Source of the DNA: an uncultured Gemmatimonadaceae bacterium
GTDB lineage: Bacteria; Gemmatimonadota; Gemmatimonadetes; Gemmatimonadales; GWC2-71-9
DNA length: 64,000 nt
Assembly: GCA_964518955.1 (NCBI GenBank)
Contig: CAZFHS010000021.1
Span: forward strand, 31,058-95,057
Direction: 5' to 3'
The notes below the pieces were generated by a model. The model saw nothing but the letters and a program-made list of their open reading frames with translations, searched no databases and was not told where the DNA came from. Below are positions 1 through 10,286 of this stretch, piece by piece. Made by a program: the position numbers and the translations under genes. Position 1 is the stretch's first letter, and every line of letters begins with the position of its first letter.

Positions 1-492
1 GCTATGCCAAACGATGTCGACACCGGGCAGAACATCATTCTGTGCCGAGCGGGCGTCTGCGGACAATTGAAGAGTCGCGGTAAGACTGTTGAAGAGGACA
101 TTCTCCGGCGATGCCACTACGCTGTGTGCAATGCCGCGAAATGTGGCCGTCACAGATACCGGATCACCTGCAAGAGAACCCGACGTTACCGTTGCAGTAA
201 TACTGAAGGTGTCTCGCGCCAGAACCGCTACTTCACCATCCGCCGTGATTTCCGCAACCGTTGGTTGCGAGCTCGTTAGCGTTAGTCGCACGCCCTCGAC
301 AACGTTTCCGTCGGAAAGTACGCGAGCGTCGATCGCAAACACCTCGCCGACCCTCACCAGTGTATCGCCGGTGATTTCGACGGTAAGGTCAGCAGGTAGT
401 TCGGGAGAGAAGAGTTCGTCGAGCACACACGCCGAGAGAGTCACGGCAAGTGCGGCCGAAAGAATCGACAATGTGTTGCGCGGAAGACGCAC
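1..492 (-). CDS. Ig-like (Big_2-type) domain lipoprotein, truncated at the window edge
   Basis: Not in the ORF track (runs off the end); translated by hand from GTG at 492 with GAGG upstream: MRLPRNTLSILSAALAVTLSAC-VLDELF...LTSSQPTVAEITADGEV...VLPGVDIVWHS. Lipobox LSAC and Ig-like SS..VA.I..G.V pattern; frame open to position 1. Confidence 0.75.
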   Translation of the reverse strand, partial: MRLPRNTLSILSAALAVTLSACVLDELFSPELPADLTVEITGDTLVRVGEVFAIDARVLSDGNVVEGVRLTLTSSQPTVAEITADGEVAVLARDTFSITATVTSGSLAGDPVSVTATFRGIAHSVVASPENVLFNSLTATLQLSADARSAQNDVLPGVDIVWHS

Positions 493-717
493 TTCGATAA
501 TACCTCTTGCCGGAGGATGGCGTAATCTGCTGCTCTGGTCGTTCCGTAGCAAGATGTTACGCGCAAGAAGCAGACCTGAACTGTGATTGTTTGCGCGTTT
601 GGGGCAAGGCGTCTACTTGATACCTTTCATCAGAGTCGGCTCGGTGACGGTTCACACCGACCGGCAATCTCTCGGGATGAACAACTCTGATGAAAACGTT
701 TGGAGGCAGGGTTCGAT

Positions 718-1230
718 ATGCTGGATTTCCGTGGCGTGTGGTCTAGTGCAATTTCGTTCGAACGTTTCGTGCAGGAAGCTGAAAAGAATGTCGGACTTTG
801 GGATGGCGTGTACCGCACCACCGACATCCCGGACTGGTCTAAAAAACGGGTGAGAGAACACGGCGACGAACTGAAGCTGCTGATAATCGCCGAGGATTGG
901 TGCGGCGACGCGGCGAACACCGTACCCATACTGGCGAAGCTGGGAGATGAGGCCGAGGGAATCGAATCACGCGTCATCAGGCGCGACGAGAACCCGGAGG
1001 TGATGGACTGCTACCTGACGAATGGTGCGCGATCGATACCCATAGCCATTCTGCTCGATGCCGAGTTCAGGGAGATTGGACACTGGGGCCCGAGACCCAA
1101 GGAACTCCAACAGTGGGTGATGGACAACAAAGACATCATTCCGAAAGAGGAGCGCTACCCTCAGGTGCGGCGATGGTATGCGAAGGACAAGGGAGAGTCG
1201 ACTTTGAGGGAACTGTTGGAGTTGTTATGA
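718..1230 (+). CDS. Thioredoxin-fold protein (Thioredoxin_9-like, WCGD motif)
   Basis: LLIIAEDWCGDA, GARSIP cis-Pro loop, WGPRP; GGAGG at 702-706 supports ATG 718. Confidence 0.85.
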   Translation: MLDFRGVWSSAISFERFVQEAEKNVGLWDGVYRTTDIPDWSKKRVREHGDELKLLIIAEDWCGDAANTVPILAKLGDEAEGIESRVIRRDENPEVMDCYLTNGARSIPIAILLDAEFREIGHWGPRPKELQQWVMDNKDIIPKEERYPQVRRWYAKDKGESTLRELLELL

Positions 1231-1257
1231 CTGGTTGATTACAGATTGCCTTTTTTG

Positions 1258-1302
1258 CGTGCAGCGATCATCGATCAACGGTCTCGATCCGTTGTTCGCT
1301 GC
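1258..1302. repeat. REP-like palindromic element, copy 1
   Basis: CGTGCAGCGA-N8-CAACGGTCTC-gat-CCGTTGTTCGCTGC; nested stems GCAGCGA/TCGCTGC and CAACGG/CCGTTG; near-identical copy at 12561-12614. Confidence 0.75.
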
Positions 1303-1358
1303 CCGCTGCACCCTGCTCGCCGCGTCACCACAAGCCTGCTCTGCGCATTCTACACCCC

Positions 1359-2549
1359 TCAAAATGCCCAATCAGTCATAACCTGCAGCGAAAGTCCATC
1401 CGGCCCGACCGCCAACGTCGTGCCCAGCACCGCAACCCTCCCGAACGACAAGACTGGCCCGCCTCCCACTCCCAAGTGCATCCCATCGAGAGTGAGGCTA
1501 AAATCGTCTTCACCGGGCAGGAAAACTCGGCCGATATCTACAAAGCCGACTAAGCTCGCAGCAACAACATGTCGTTCGCCGACCACCTGGTAACGTGTTT
1601 CCAGGTTGGCGAGTAGCATGTCCTGGCCCAAGAATCGGAATCCGGCCAATCCGCGATTGGTGCCGCGTCCGCCGTATCCCTCGAACGGTTTGTCGCTTGC
1701 CTCGACGAGCAAATAGCTGCCGACCGCGGGTGATCCCGTCATGACCTGAGCTAGCACCCGACCGGCGAGCGTGACCTGTTCGCTTGGAGAGTAGAAGCCG
1801 GAGGCCGCAACAGTGGTGCGTGTATAGCTCAAGGCGCCAGCGACGGTCGAGTCGGCAACGCCGAATATCGCCTCCAACAGTACGCCGCGCATCGGTGCGA
1901 TCTCATCGTTACGCGTGTCGAACACCAAGCCAAAACGCGCGCTCACATCGGCTGTATACGATCCCAGGGGAATGCCCAAACCGGCGTTCGACTGAATACC
2001 GAGCAGGGTGACTCCAGGGATCGTGTCGAACTGCCAGCGTTCAGCGTGGAACCCTGCCAAAACTCGAAGGTTCGACACTACCCGCCGTTGGATCTCGCCG
2101 CGCAGCAAAGTCCGCCTGTGGTCGCTGTGGTAGTAGTGCGGCTGAGCGTCGTTGACGTTATCGCCTTCCCGCTCGGTTCGGTTGCCGATACCGAAGAAGT
2201 CCTGACGTGCCCGCCTTCTGGTTTCCGCCTCCAGGCTGAAGCGCCATCCGGGAACGATGTTCGGCATGCGCGCGTAGAACCCGAGCCTATAGCTGCCCGA
2301 TGTAGATATTTGGCCGTCTATCGCCAGAGATGCTCTATACGGCTGTGGGTCGAACCAGTCGCGATAACCGGGCGGGTGTATCTGCGCGTAATAAAGGCCC
2401 GCTGTGAGCCCGTCTCTGGGAGTGTAAAAGAGCTTAGGGTAGCCGAGGTCGGTCCAGTTCTGGCCGAGCGTGGGCAAATCCGGGATCTGCGCATTGACTG
2501 GCGCGATCGGCAACCCAAACAGCAGCACAACTAGGCAAAGAAACCTCAC
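1359..2549 (-). CDS. BamA/TamA (Omp85) family outer-membrane beta-barrel without obvious POTRA domains
   Basis: Signal peptide; DTRNDEIAPMRG; GGRGTNRGLAGFRF (VRGF-like loop 6); terminal aromatic WAF. Confidence 0.8.
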   Translation of the reverse strand: MRFLCLVVLLFGLPIAPVNAQIPDLPTLGQNWTDLGYPKLFYTPRDGLTAGLYYAQIHPPGYRDWFDPQPYRASLAIDGQISTSGSYRLGFYARMPNIVPGWRFSLEAETRRRARQDFFGIGNRTEREGDNVNDAQPHYYHSDHRRTLLRGEIQRRVVSNLRVLAGFHAERWQFDTIPGVTLLGIQSNAGLGIPLGSYTADVSARFGLVFDTRNDEIAPMRGVLLEAIFGVADSTVAGALSYTRTTVAASGFYSPSEQVTLAGRVLAQVMTGSPAVGSYLLVEASDKPFEGYGGRGTNRGLAGFRFLGQDMLLANLETRYQVVGERHVVAASLVGFVDIGRVFLPGEDDFSLTLDGMHLGVGGGPVLSFGRVAVLGTTLAVGPDGLSLQVMTDWAF

Positions 2550-3589
2550 TCATCCGCCTCGAAGATATACGCCGTGTCATAGTGGGATGCAGTTTCGCCG
2601 TCAAACGCAGCATAACGGTTTGGAGTCATCGTGGCCGCTCCAAATTCACCTTCCTTGTTCAGCGCGTAGAAACTCAGGCCGAAGTTCGGACGCCCACGCT
2701 CATCGAGGAGTCTTGGTTCAGACGTCGCTAGCACCCTTCTCAAAGTCTCGAGTGCTGCATCTGCCGGCTTGAGGCCCCGTCGCATGAACTCGACCGTCAG
2801 AAATGCACCGCAAACCTTGATGTTCGACTCTCCTCGCCCAGTCGACCCGGCTGCACCGACATCATTGTCGGTGTATTGCCCGGCGCCGATCAATGGCGAA
2901 TCTCCGCAGCGTCCAGGAATCTTCCAAGAAAGTCCGCTTGTGGTCGTGACCGAGGAGATGTCTCCATCCCGGTTCACGACATTGCAGTTGATTGTGCCGG
3001 TGGAGCGAGGAAGCATTTGTTCGCCGCCAGGCACATTCAGCCAATCATCCATATCGCTGCGGTTCGCTCTCCACTGGAGCCAGCGTTCGCGGGAGCTCTC
3101 GGTGAGTAGATCCTCTTCTTCAAATCCGTACGACAATGCGAAACGCTTTGCACCTTCTCCCACGAGAAAGACGTGGTCGGTGTAGAGGAGCACGTATTTC
3201 GCAACGACACTCGGAGTCTTTATTCCCTCCAGTGCACCAACCGCACCGGCTCTGCGCGTGGGCCCGTGCATGCAAGAGGCATCCAGCTGTACGACACCCT
3301 CCTCGTTCGGTAAACCACCGTACCCTACCGACGAATCCTCGGGGTCGAGTTCCTGGATCTTCACGCCTTCAATCGCCGCATCGAGGGTATCGACACCCTC
3401 TGCCATGAGTTGGCCTGCCCGTTCGACCGCGCGGAGACCGTTTCCGGATGCAACGGCGACAGGGCGCGCCGGTGGGCGAATATGCACAGCAGGAGCACCG
3501 AAAACCGGCTCATCTCCACCAAGCGCGCTGCCTGCGGCGATGCAGGACGATGCACCCAAAAAATCCCGGCGTGACAGTGAATTTGACAC
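2546..3589 (-). CDS. N(4)-(beta-N-acetylglucosaminyl)-L-asparaginase / Ntn asparaginase-2 family, Tat-exported
   Basis: SRRDFL Tat motif; SVGYGGLPN, LDASCMHG, GTIN nucleophile Thr, TTTSGLSWKIPGRCGDSPLIGAG, GSTGRGE. Confidence 0.9.
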   Translation of the reverse strand: MSNSLSRRDFLGASSCIAAGSALGGDEPVFGAPAVHIRPPARPVAVASGNGLRAVERAGQLMAEGVDTLDAAIEGVKIQELDPEDSSVGYGGLPNEEGVVQLDASCMHGPTRRAGAVGALEGIKTPSVVAKYVLLYTDHVFLVGEGAKRFALSYGFEEEDLLTESSRERWLQWRANRSDMDDWLNVPGGEQMLPRSTGTINCNVVNRDGDISSVTTTSGLSWKIPGRCGDSPLIGAGQYTDNDVGAAGSTGRGESNIKVCGAFLTVEFMRRGLKPADAALETLRRVLATSEPRLLDERGRPNFGLSFYALNKEGEFGAATMTPNRYAAFDGETASHYDTAYIFEADE

Positions 3590-3724
3590 GATAAACCTCC
3601 TTCAACGCTTATACCAAACCTCTAAGCGGACCCGAATTAACCAACGTTCAGGCACGATTGTCAACTTGATTCACCCCTCATGAGGGACTACGTTCCCGCA
3701 CTCTGACCGCCACCGAGTGTTTTC

Positions 3725-4435
3725 ATGATTTCCGTCGTATTTCCGGTGCACAATGAACTGAACAACCTGGCGCCTCTTCTGGCAGAGGTGGAAGATGCGC
3801 TCGGAGGCGTAGCGTTGGAGGTGGTTGCTGTAGATGACAGCTCGACAGATGGTTCGCTGCAGGAGTTGCGGCGCCTCCAAAAAGAACACGATTCCCTAAG
3901 GGTCGTTTCCTTGGCTCGACATTCCGGGCAGTCCGCCGCCTTCGTTGCTGGAATGGATAGGGCGCGTGGTGATTTGCTGGTGCTAATGGACGCGGACGGA
4001 CAAAACGATCCGGCAGATGTGCCGGCGATGCTCGCCATACTCGACCGTGAACCCGACTGTGCAGCCGTCGTCGGATATCGAATCAACCGGGCCGATTCGA
4101 GCTGGAGGCGTTTGCAAAGCCGCATCGCAAATGCGGTCCGAAACTGGCTCACCGGAGATCGGGTTCGGGATACAGGATGTTCGTTGAAGGTCGTTAGGCG
4201 TGCGGCGGCCAGAGATCTGGTATGCTTCGACGGCATGCACCGGTTCTTTCCCACGCTCATTCGGAGATCTGGCGGGAAGGTGATTGAAACGCCTGTCTCT
4301 CACCGCCCTCGGCTGAGAAGCAGGAGCAAGTACGGAATGTGGAACAGAGGCTTGGTGGCGCTAAGGGATGCGCTCGGCGTGCGTTGGCTGAGAATCAGGC
4401 GTCTCGACTACGAATCGAGAGAGGAAACTGGATGA
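3725..4435 (+). CDS. Glycosyltransferase family 2 (DPM1/ArnC-like polyprenol-phosphate glycosyltransferase)
   Basis: VVFPVHNE, VDDSSTDGS, MDADGQNDP, DTGCSLK, GMHRFFP, HRPR..SKYG. Confidence 0.9.
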   Translation: MISVVFPVHNELNNLAPLLAEVEDALGGVALEVVAVDDSSTDGSLQELRRLQKEHDSLRVVSLARHSGQSAAFVAGMDRARGDLLVLMDADGQNDPADVPAMLAILDREPDCAAVVGYRINRADSSWRRLQSRIANAVRNWLTGDRVRDTGCSLKVVRRAAARDLVCFDGMHRFFPTLIRRSGGKVIETPVSHRPRLRSRSKYGMWNRGLVALRDALGVRWLRIRRLDYESREETG

Positions 4436-5553
4436 ATCATGGTGAGTCGGGTGCTCCTGCTTTCGGACGGTTTTTCATGCCGGGTCTGAGCGAAGTACAC
4501 CCATCGGTTCTCGACGCCATGTCCAAGCCGACGATTCCGCATCGTGGTCGAGAAATGGTGGAGCTGCTGAAGCGCATCGAATTGAGGCTCAAACAACTGT
4601 TTCGGACCAAGCGTCACGTACTCGTCGGAACCTGTTCCGCTACGGCGTTCATGGAAATGGCTGTCAGATCCGGAGTAAGGGGGCGCGCCCTTTGCCTGAT
4701 TGGGGGAGCGTACGGAGAGCGTTTTGCAGGCATCACCGAGGCGGTAGGGAAAGACGTCGTACGATTGAACGTTCCATTGGGACGCACCGTCGAGCCCGAT
4801 ATGCTTGCAGATGCGCTGAAACGATCCGCCGTCGATGCGGTGACGATCGTACACTCTGAGTCGTCGACCGGGGCGCTGGCTCCGCTGCAGGAACTGGCTG
4901 AGGTGGTGAGCGAATTCGACGACGTGCTCCTGCTCGTCGATGGAGTGACATCAGTAGGCGCCTCCCCCGTGGAAACCGATCTGTGGGGCCTCGACTACGT
5001 GTTCACTGGCTCACACGGAGCCCTCGCGCTTCCACCCGGACTCGCAATGGCCGTCGCTTCGGAGCGTATGACCGAACGAGCGGCAGCCATTCCGGAGCGT
5101 GGCGCTTTCCTCGATATCATAGCCTACCAGGAAGCGGCGGAAACGTATCAACCGACGTTCACTCCAGCGATGACGCTCCTCTTCGGCCTGGAACAACAGT
5201 TGATGAGGATTCAAGATTCGGGTGGAATTGAGGCTCGCTGGGACCGCCACGACGCTATGCGGAAGACGGTCGAGTGGTGGGCGGAAGAGGAGGGGCAGAA
5301 CAACTGCGTCGGGTTCTTGCCGCCGGATGGGCGTCGGTCATGGGCGGTGTCGTGCCTCAGAACCCTCGGTGGGAAAAATGCGCGCGTCCTCGCCAAGTCG
5401 CTCGAGTTGGAAGGTTTTCGTGTTGGCTCGGGTTACGGCAAGCTCAAGCGGGAGACCCTCCGCATTGGGCATATGGGGGACCACTCAGTCGAGGAGCTGA
5501 AAGAGTTACTCGGCGCGCTCGGCGCGCTCGTCTCCGGGGCTGAGTCTGAATGA
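4432..5553 (+). CDS. Class V aminotransferase homolog (AGXT/SPT-like) lacking the PLP-binding lysine
   Basis: [35 protein letters not shown]; canonical GSQK reads GSHG. ATG overlaps the GT2 stop (ATGA). Confidence 0.85.
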   Translation: MNHGESGAPAFGRFFMPGLSEVHPSVLDAMSKPTIPHRGREMVELLKRIELRLKQLFRTKRHVLVGTCSATAFMEMAVRSGVRGRALCLIGGAYGERFAGITEAVGKDVVRLNVPLGRTVEPDMLADALKRSAVDAVTIVHSESSTGALAPLQELAEVVSEFDDVLLLVDGVTSVGASPVETDLWGLDYVFTGSHGALALPPGLAMAVASERMTERAAAIPERGAFLDIIAYQEAAETYQPTFTPAMTLLFGLEQQLMRIQDSGGIEARWDRHDAMRKTVEWWAEEEGQNNCVGFLPPDGRRSWAVSCLRTLGGKNARVLAKSLELEGFRVGSGYGKLKRETLRIGHMGDHSVEELKELLGALGALVSGAESE

Positions 5554-7623
5554 GCCAACCGCCGAGGTGAGGTTCAGGGCGGCATCGGCTAACAGGGTAG
5601 CGGATCGGGCGATATCGTCGGTTGTCTCCGTTTGCTCTTGGGCCGCTGTCGCTATTTCGCGTGATGCCGCAACCACGGCTTCGGTACCGGCCGCGATCGT
5701 CTGAAGGCGACGCGTGATATCTTCCACGAGCTTTTTTACGTCTCCTGCGGCACTCGAGATTTCATCGCTCCACGCGCTCGACTCTGCCGTTGCACCGGCG
5801 ACCTCCTTGAGGGCAGCGGCGGCTGATTCGGCAATCTGTCGCACGTCAGAACTTGCTTCTGCCAGCCTCGTGAGCCGGTCGCGCGTCTCCTGAACCGTCG
5901 CCAACACGCTACCTACCACATCGGCTGTGGTCGTGGCTGACCTGGATGCTTGCGTTGCGAGTTTCCTCACCTCGTCAGCTACTACTTCGAATCCACGTCC
6001 CTCACCCCCACCCGCTCGAGACGCCTCGATAGCAGCGTTGAGCGCGAGCATGTTCGTTTGCGAGGCGATCGCCTGCGCTTGAGTCACGAACTGTTGAATC
6101 TCTTTCGAGAGGTCGGCAAGTGTCTTAGCCTCGGCGGCGCCCAGTTCGAGGTCGCTAGCGAGATCTGCAAGCTGCTCACTGCCCGCTATCAGGTGCCTTT
6201 CGTGTTCGCGGGCGGTTTCGCTGAGTGACGAACTCCGTTCTGCAGCCACGTTTGCACCGTCAGCGAGGTTCGACGATATGCCAAGAATCCTGCTCGCGTC
6301 GTTGGCTGCCTGCCTGGCGAGTTCGGCCTGCTCGTTAGCTTGGCTCGTGAGGTCCCGGCAGGTATCGGCCATCTGCTGGATTGACGTGGTCATTTGCTCA
6401 GTGCTGGTGGATATCAGCTCGGCCATGGCCGCCGATTCATGTGAGGACGATCGTATCTCACCGACCAGCTTGCGCAGGGCGTCGACCATGGTGCGAACAG
6501 CCTCCAAGAGGCCGGTGACTTCCTCCGCACCTTTTGGGTTGGATACTACGGCTACAGAGAGGTCCCCGTCTGCAACGCGGGCCGCGATCGAACCTGCTAC
6601 ACGCACAGGCCTGGTTACGCGACGGTGGAGCCATTCGGTGAACCAGATCAACAGCACGATTGCTGCGACCAAAGCAACGCCGGCCGCAAGGTAAACCGCG
6701 TCGCGAATAGACCTCGCCGCAGTGTACGCCACAGCCTGGGGTTGTCTGTGCACGATCCACCATCGGCCGGAGTTGGTGGGCGCTGTCGCGACTAGCTCTC
6801 CGTCGCCAGCCCCCCCTACTGCGGGCAACGAGTTCGTCGTCGACGAAGCAGTGCTCGATATGAGTTCTGACACGTCGCTCACCGCAAGCAACCTGCTGGG
6901 ATCACGTGACATTATCACACGCCCGGCCGAATCCACGGCTTCGATCGTTGCTTCCATCGACTCACTGCCGAGCGACAGTAGTCGAGTCAACCTCGAAAGT
7001 TCGACCACTGCTTTCAACACTCCCAGAGGTTCGCCCGAGTAGGAGTCGTCTATTCGGACGGCCAGTTCGAGGCCTACGGTACCAGCCGACTCGTCAAAAA
7101 GCGGCTCGCCCTGATATGTGCCGATCTCGAACGCCTCTTCCCACCATTCCTCATCGGATTGAACGAAGTCAGACGTTGTACTGCTTGCGAGGACCACCAG
7201 GCCGTGTACCTCGGTGAAGAAGACTTCCACGAAATCGGATGAATCTCTTACGATTTGCAGGAATCGCCGGATAGTCTCGTCTTCACTGAGCGCGCGCGTC
7301 TCCTCGTAACGCCTCTCCAGCTCAGCGGTCGATAGTCGGTCGAGCCCCCTTCGCGCGGCCACGATCCCAGCTGACCGAGTTGCGGCGACAATGCTCGGTG
7401 TGTTCGCGAGTATTCGAACGTCAATCGCTCGTTCGTCCAGGTATTGGGTCACCTGCTCCGCAACGCGTTCGGCTACCGCTCGAAGCTGTACACCGGCAGT
7501 TCGCTCGAACTCTCGTGCCACGCTCCGGCTGGCTACGTATGCACTGAATGCAATCGCCGCGATTGCCACCGGCGTGCCGGCGACTATGATGCGACGTCGC
7601 AATTCCCGTGTTCTACTCGCCAT
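5506..7623 (-). CDS. Methyl-accepting chemotaxis protein (TM-dCache-TM-HAMP-MA)
   Basis: [32 protein letters not shown] signalling hairpin; two TM helices flanking a Cache-like region; start re-called to ATG 7623. Confidence 0.92.
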   Translation of the reverse strand: MASRTRELRRRIIVAGTPVAIAAIAFSAYVASRSVAREFERTAGVQLRAVAERVAEQVTQYLDERAIDVRILANTPSIVAATRSAGIVAARRGLDRLSTAELERRYEETRALSEDETIRRFLQIVRDSSDFVEVFFTEVHGLVVLASSTTSDFVQSDEEWWEEAFEIGTYQGEPLFDESAGTVGLELAVRIDDSYSGEPLGVLKAVVELSRLTRLLSLGSESMEATIEAVDSAGRVIMSRDPSRLLAVSDVSELISSTASSTTNSLPAVGGAGDGELVATAPTNSGRWWIVHRQPQAVAYTAARSIRDAVYLAAGVALVAAIVLLIWFTEWLHRRVTRPVRVAGSIAARVADGDLSVAVVSNPKGAEEVTGLLEAVRTMVDALRKLVGEIRSSSHESAAMAELISTSTEQMTTSIQQMADTCRDLTSQANEQAELARQAANDASRILGISSNLADGANVAAERSSSLSETAREHERHLIAGSEQLADLASDLELGAAEAKTLADLSKEIQQFVTQAQAIASQTNMLALNAAIEASRAGGGEGRGFEVVADEVRKLATQASRSATTTADVVGSVLATVQETRDRLTRLAEASSDVRQIAESAAAALKEVAGATAESSAWSDEISSAAGDVKKLVEDITRRLQTIAAGTEAVVAASREIATAAQEQTETTDDIARSATLLADAALNLTSAVGSFRLSPGDERAERAE

Positions 7624-7669
7624 ACGTGAGCCTTCCTGGGGAAGCAAGCAGTGCTAGATTAACCCTACC

Positions 7670-10120
7670 ATGACAGATACACGTAGCCAAGACAGAATAT
7701 ACGATCCCGCTCTCGTCGAAGCCCGCTGGCGTGAACGCTGGCAAGAACGACGCACGAACAGTGTCGATACTGAAGCCGCGCGCCGGCCCTATTTCAACCT
7801 GATGATGTTCCCATACCCCTCAGCAGAGGGGCTGCACGTGGGCAACGTTTTCGCCTTTGTCGGTTGCGACATTCACGGGCGGTTTCGCCGGCTGCAGGGT
7901 TGGGATGTGTTCGAGCCCCTCGGCTTCGACGCGTTCGGAATCCACTCCGAAAATTTTGCGATGAAGGTGAACACTCACCCAGCAAAGCTGATTCCGGCGA
8001 ACATCGAACGTTTCCGCGAACAGCTGAGGCGAGTGGGGTTGATGGTCGACTGGGATCATGAGGTATCTACCACCGACCCAACCTACTACAAGTGGACCCA
8101 GTGGATTTTCTTGAAGCTGTACGAGGCGGGTTGTGTCGTGAAAAAACAGGCGCCCGTCAACTGGTGCCCTGAGTGCAAGACCGTTCTAGCCAACGAGCAG
8201 GTCGAGGACGGCTATTGTGAGCGGCACCCGGGAGTCAGAGTACATCAGAAATCCCTCTCCCAGTGGTTCTTCAAGATCACCGACCATGCAGAGCGGCTGC
8301 TCCGTAACCTGACTGACCTGGACTGGTCGGACTCGACCAGAACAATGCAGGCTAATTGGATTGGGCGCTCGGATGGCGCCGAGCTGATTTTCAAGACTCC
8401 AGCCGATTCTCCCATCCCCGTTTACACCACTCGACCCGACACCGTGTTCGGCGCCACCTACCTGGTCCTTGCCCCGGAACATCCGCTGGTCGATGAGGTC
8501 ACAGGGCATGAGTGCAAGAAGGAAGTTGGCAACTACCGTCGACAGGCTCTCCAAAAGGATTTGGTGACCCGGAAGGTGGGCGACCGAGAGAAGACGGGTG
8601 TGTTCACAGGTACCTATGCTCGCAATCCAGCCACAGGCGAAACGGTTCCAATTTGGATTGCCGACTATGTACTGATGGAATACGGGACCGGCGCTATCAT
8701 GGCCGTGCCCGCGCACGACGAACGCGACTTCGAGTTTGCGACTGAGTTCGGGCTCGAAATCCGGCAGGTAATCGAGCCGTCGAACGAGGAAGATCAGGCG
8801 CCGATTATCACTTGGGACGGCAAAGCCACCAACTCGGGCCAGTTCGATGGGTTGCCATGCAAGGATGCGGTTACCGCAATCACAGCGTGGCTGGAAGAAC
8901 GAGGGCTCGGCAAGAAGCAGGTCCAATACCGGTTGCACGATTGGTGCATTTCGCGGCAGCGATACTGGGGCCCGCCGATACCGATCATATACTGTGACAA
9001 CTGTGAAACCGTCCCGGTGCCTGAAGAGGATCTTCCTGTGCTGTTGCCGGAGATCGAAGACTTCAAACCCGACGAGAGCGGCGTTTCTCCTTTGGCGCGA
9101 CACGAAGAGTGGTACAGAGTGCCGTGTCCGGAGTGCGGCAAACTAGCCAGGCGCGAGACCGATGTGTCAGACACATTCCTCGATTCCGCCTGGTACTTCC
9201 TGCGCTATCCGTCGACCGGCTATCACGATCGGGCCTTTGACCCGGGCCTGACCGCAAAGTGGCTGCCCGTAAAATCGTACATCGGCGGGAACGAGCACGC
9301 GGTGCTTCACCTCATGTATGCCAGATACATCAACATGGTGTTGCATGACGCCGGTCTGGTGGGATTCGAGGAGCCGTTCAGCAGGTTCCGCGCACACGGG
9401 ACGATTGTGAAAGACGGCGCCAAGATGTCGAAGTCACGGGGCAACGTTGTGGTTCCGGATGACTACATCGGGAGGTGGGGAGCCGACACCTTTCGCATGT
9501 ACCTGATGTTCCTGGGGCCGTACCTCGAAGGTGGCGATTTCCGCGATGAAGGTATCTCCGGCATTCGTAGATTCCTGGACAAGGTCTGGGGTTTGATTAG
9601 AGACACCGATGAGAGGGCAGGAGAACCGGACCGATCGGCACTTCGGTCACTTCACCAGACGATCCACAAGGTATCGGACGACATCGAAGGGCTGCGCTAC
9701 AACACCGCAATCTCGGCACTCATGGAATACCTGAATATCCTGCGCGCCCTGGATGGGCAGGGAGACGAGGATCTGCCGCGGCTTCAGACCGAACTGCTGG
9801 AGCCACTCGTGGTGATGCTTGCGCCTTTCGCACCTCACATTGTCGAGGAGTGTTGGGAAAGACTCGGACACGAGGAATCCAGCGTGTTCGATGCATCCTG
9901 GCCCGCATACGACGCCAAACTTGCTAGTGAGGATGAGATCGAGCTTGTGGTTCAAGTAAATGGCAAGGTACGCGGCCGGCTTCGAGTCAGCCCAGGCATC
10001 TCGGAACCGGACGCCGTGGAGCTGGCGCTAGCTGAACCCGGAGTCAGACGGCACATTGAAGGAAAGAGCATACGCAAGGCCATCTATGTTCAAGACAAAC
10101 TAGTGAGCCTCGTGGTGTAG
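7670..10120 (+). CDS. leuS: Leucine--tRNA ligase
   Basis: MFPYPSAEGLHVGN (HIGH), KMSKS, TTRPDT, GTGAIMAVPAHD, DWCISRQRYWG, VVQVNGKVR. Confidence 0.98.
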   Translation: MTDTRSQDRIYDPALVEARWRERWQERRTNSVDTEAARRPYFNLMMFPYPSAEGLHVGNVFAFVGCDIHGRFRRLQGWDVFEPLGFDAFGIHSENFAMKVNTHPAKLIPANIERFREQLRRVGLMVDWDHEVSTTDPTYYKWTQWIFLKLYEAGCVVKKQAPVNWCPECKTVLANEQVEDGYCERHPGVRVHQKSLSQWFFKITDHAERLLRNLTDLDWSDSTRTMQANWIGRSDGAELIFKTPADSPIPVYTTRPDTVFGATYLVLAPEHPLVDEVTGHECKKEVGNYRRQALQKDLVTRKVGDREKTGVFTGTYARNPATGETVPIWIADYVLMEYGTGAIMAVPAHDERDFEFATEFGLEIRQVIEPSNEEDQAPIITWDGKATNSGQFDGLPCKDAVTAITAWLEERGLGKKQVQYRLHDWCISRQRYWGPPIPIIYCDNCETVPVPEEDLPVLLPEIEDFKPDESGVSPLARHEEWYRVPCPECGKLARRETDVSDTFLDSAWYFLRYPSTGYHDRAFDPGLTAKWLPVKSYIGGNEHAVLHLMYARYINMVLHDAGLVGFEEPFSRFRAHGTIVKDGAKMSKSRGNVVVPDDYIGRWGADTFRMYLMFLGPYLEGGDFRDEGISGIRRFLDKVWGLIRDTDERAGEPDRSALRSLHQTIHKVSDDIEGLRYNTAISALMEYLNILRALDGQGDEDLPRLQTELLEPLVVMLAPFAPHIVEECWERLGHEESSVFDASWPAYDAKLASEDEIELVVQVNGKVRGRLRVSPGISEPDAVELALAEPGVRRHIEGKSIRKAIYVQDKLVSLVV

Positions 10121-10143
10121 GTAGGCTCAAAGGTCTGCATTGC

Positions 10144-10189
10144 GCGGGAAGTGCTCGGCTCACTGGCGGGTGCTTCCCGCACTCTTTTT
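10144..10189 (+). terminator. Intrinsic terminator after leuS
   Basis: GCGGGAAGTGC...GTGCTTCCCGC stem (with G.U pairs) followed by ACTCTTTTT. Confidence 0.65.
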
Positions 10190-10286
10190 GGCCAACTCTC
10201 TGGTAATCAATAGTTTACGAGAGTCTGTTACCCAAAACCAAGACGCTGCGACGATCATAGGCAGCAGAGCATCTATTCTAGTGAGC

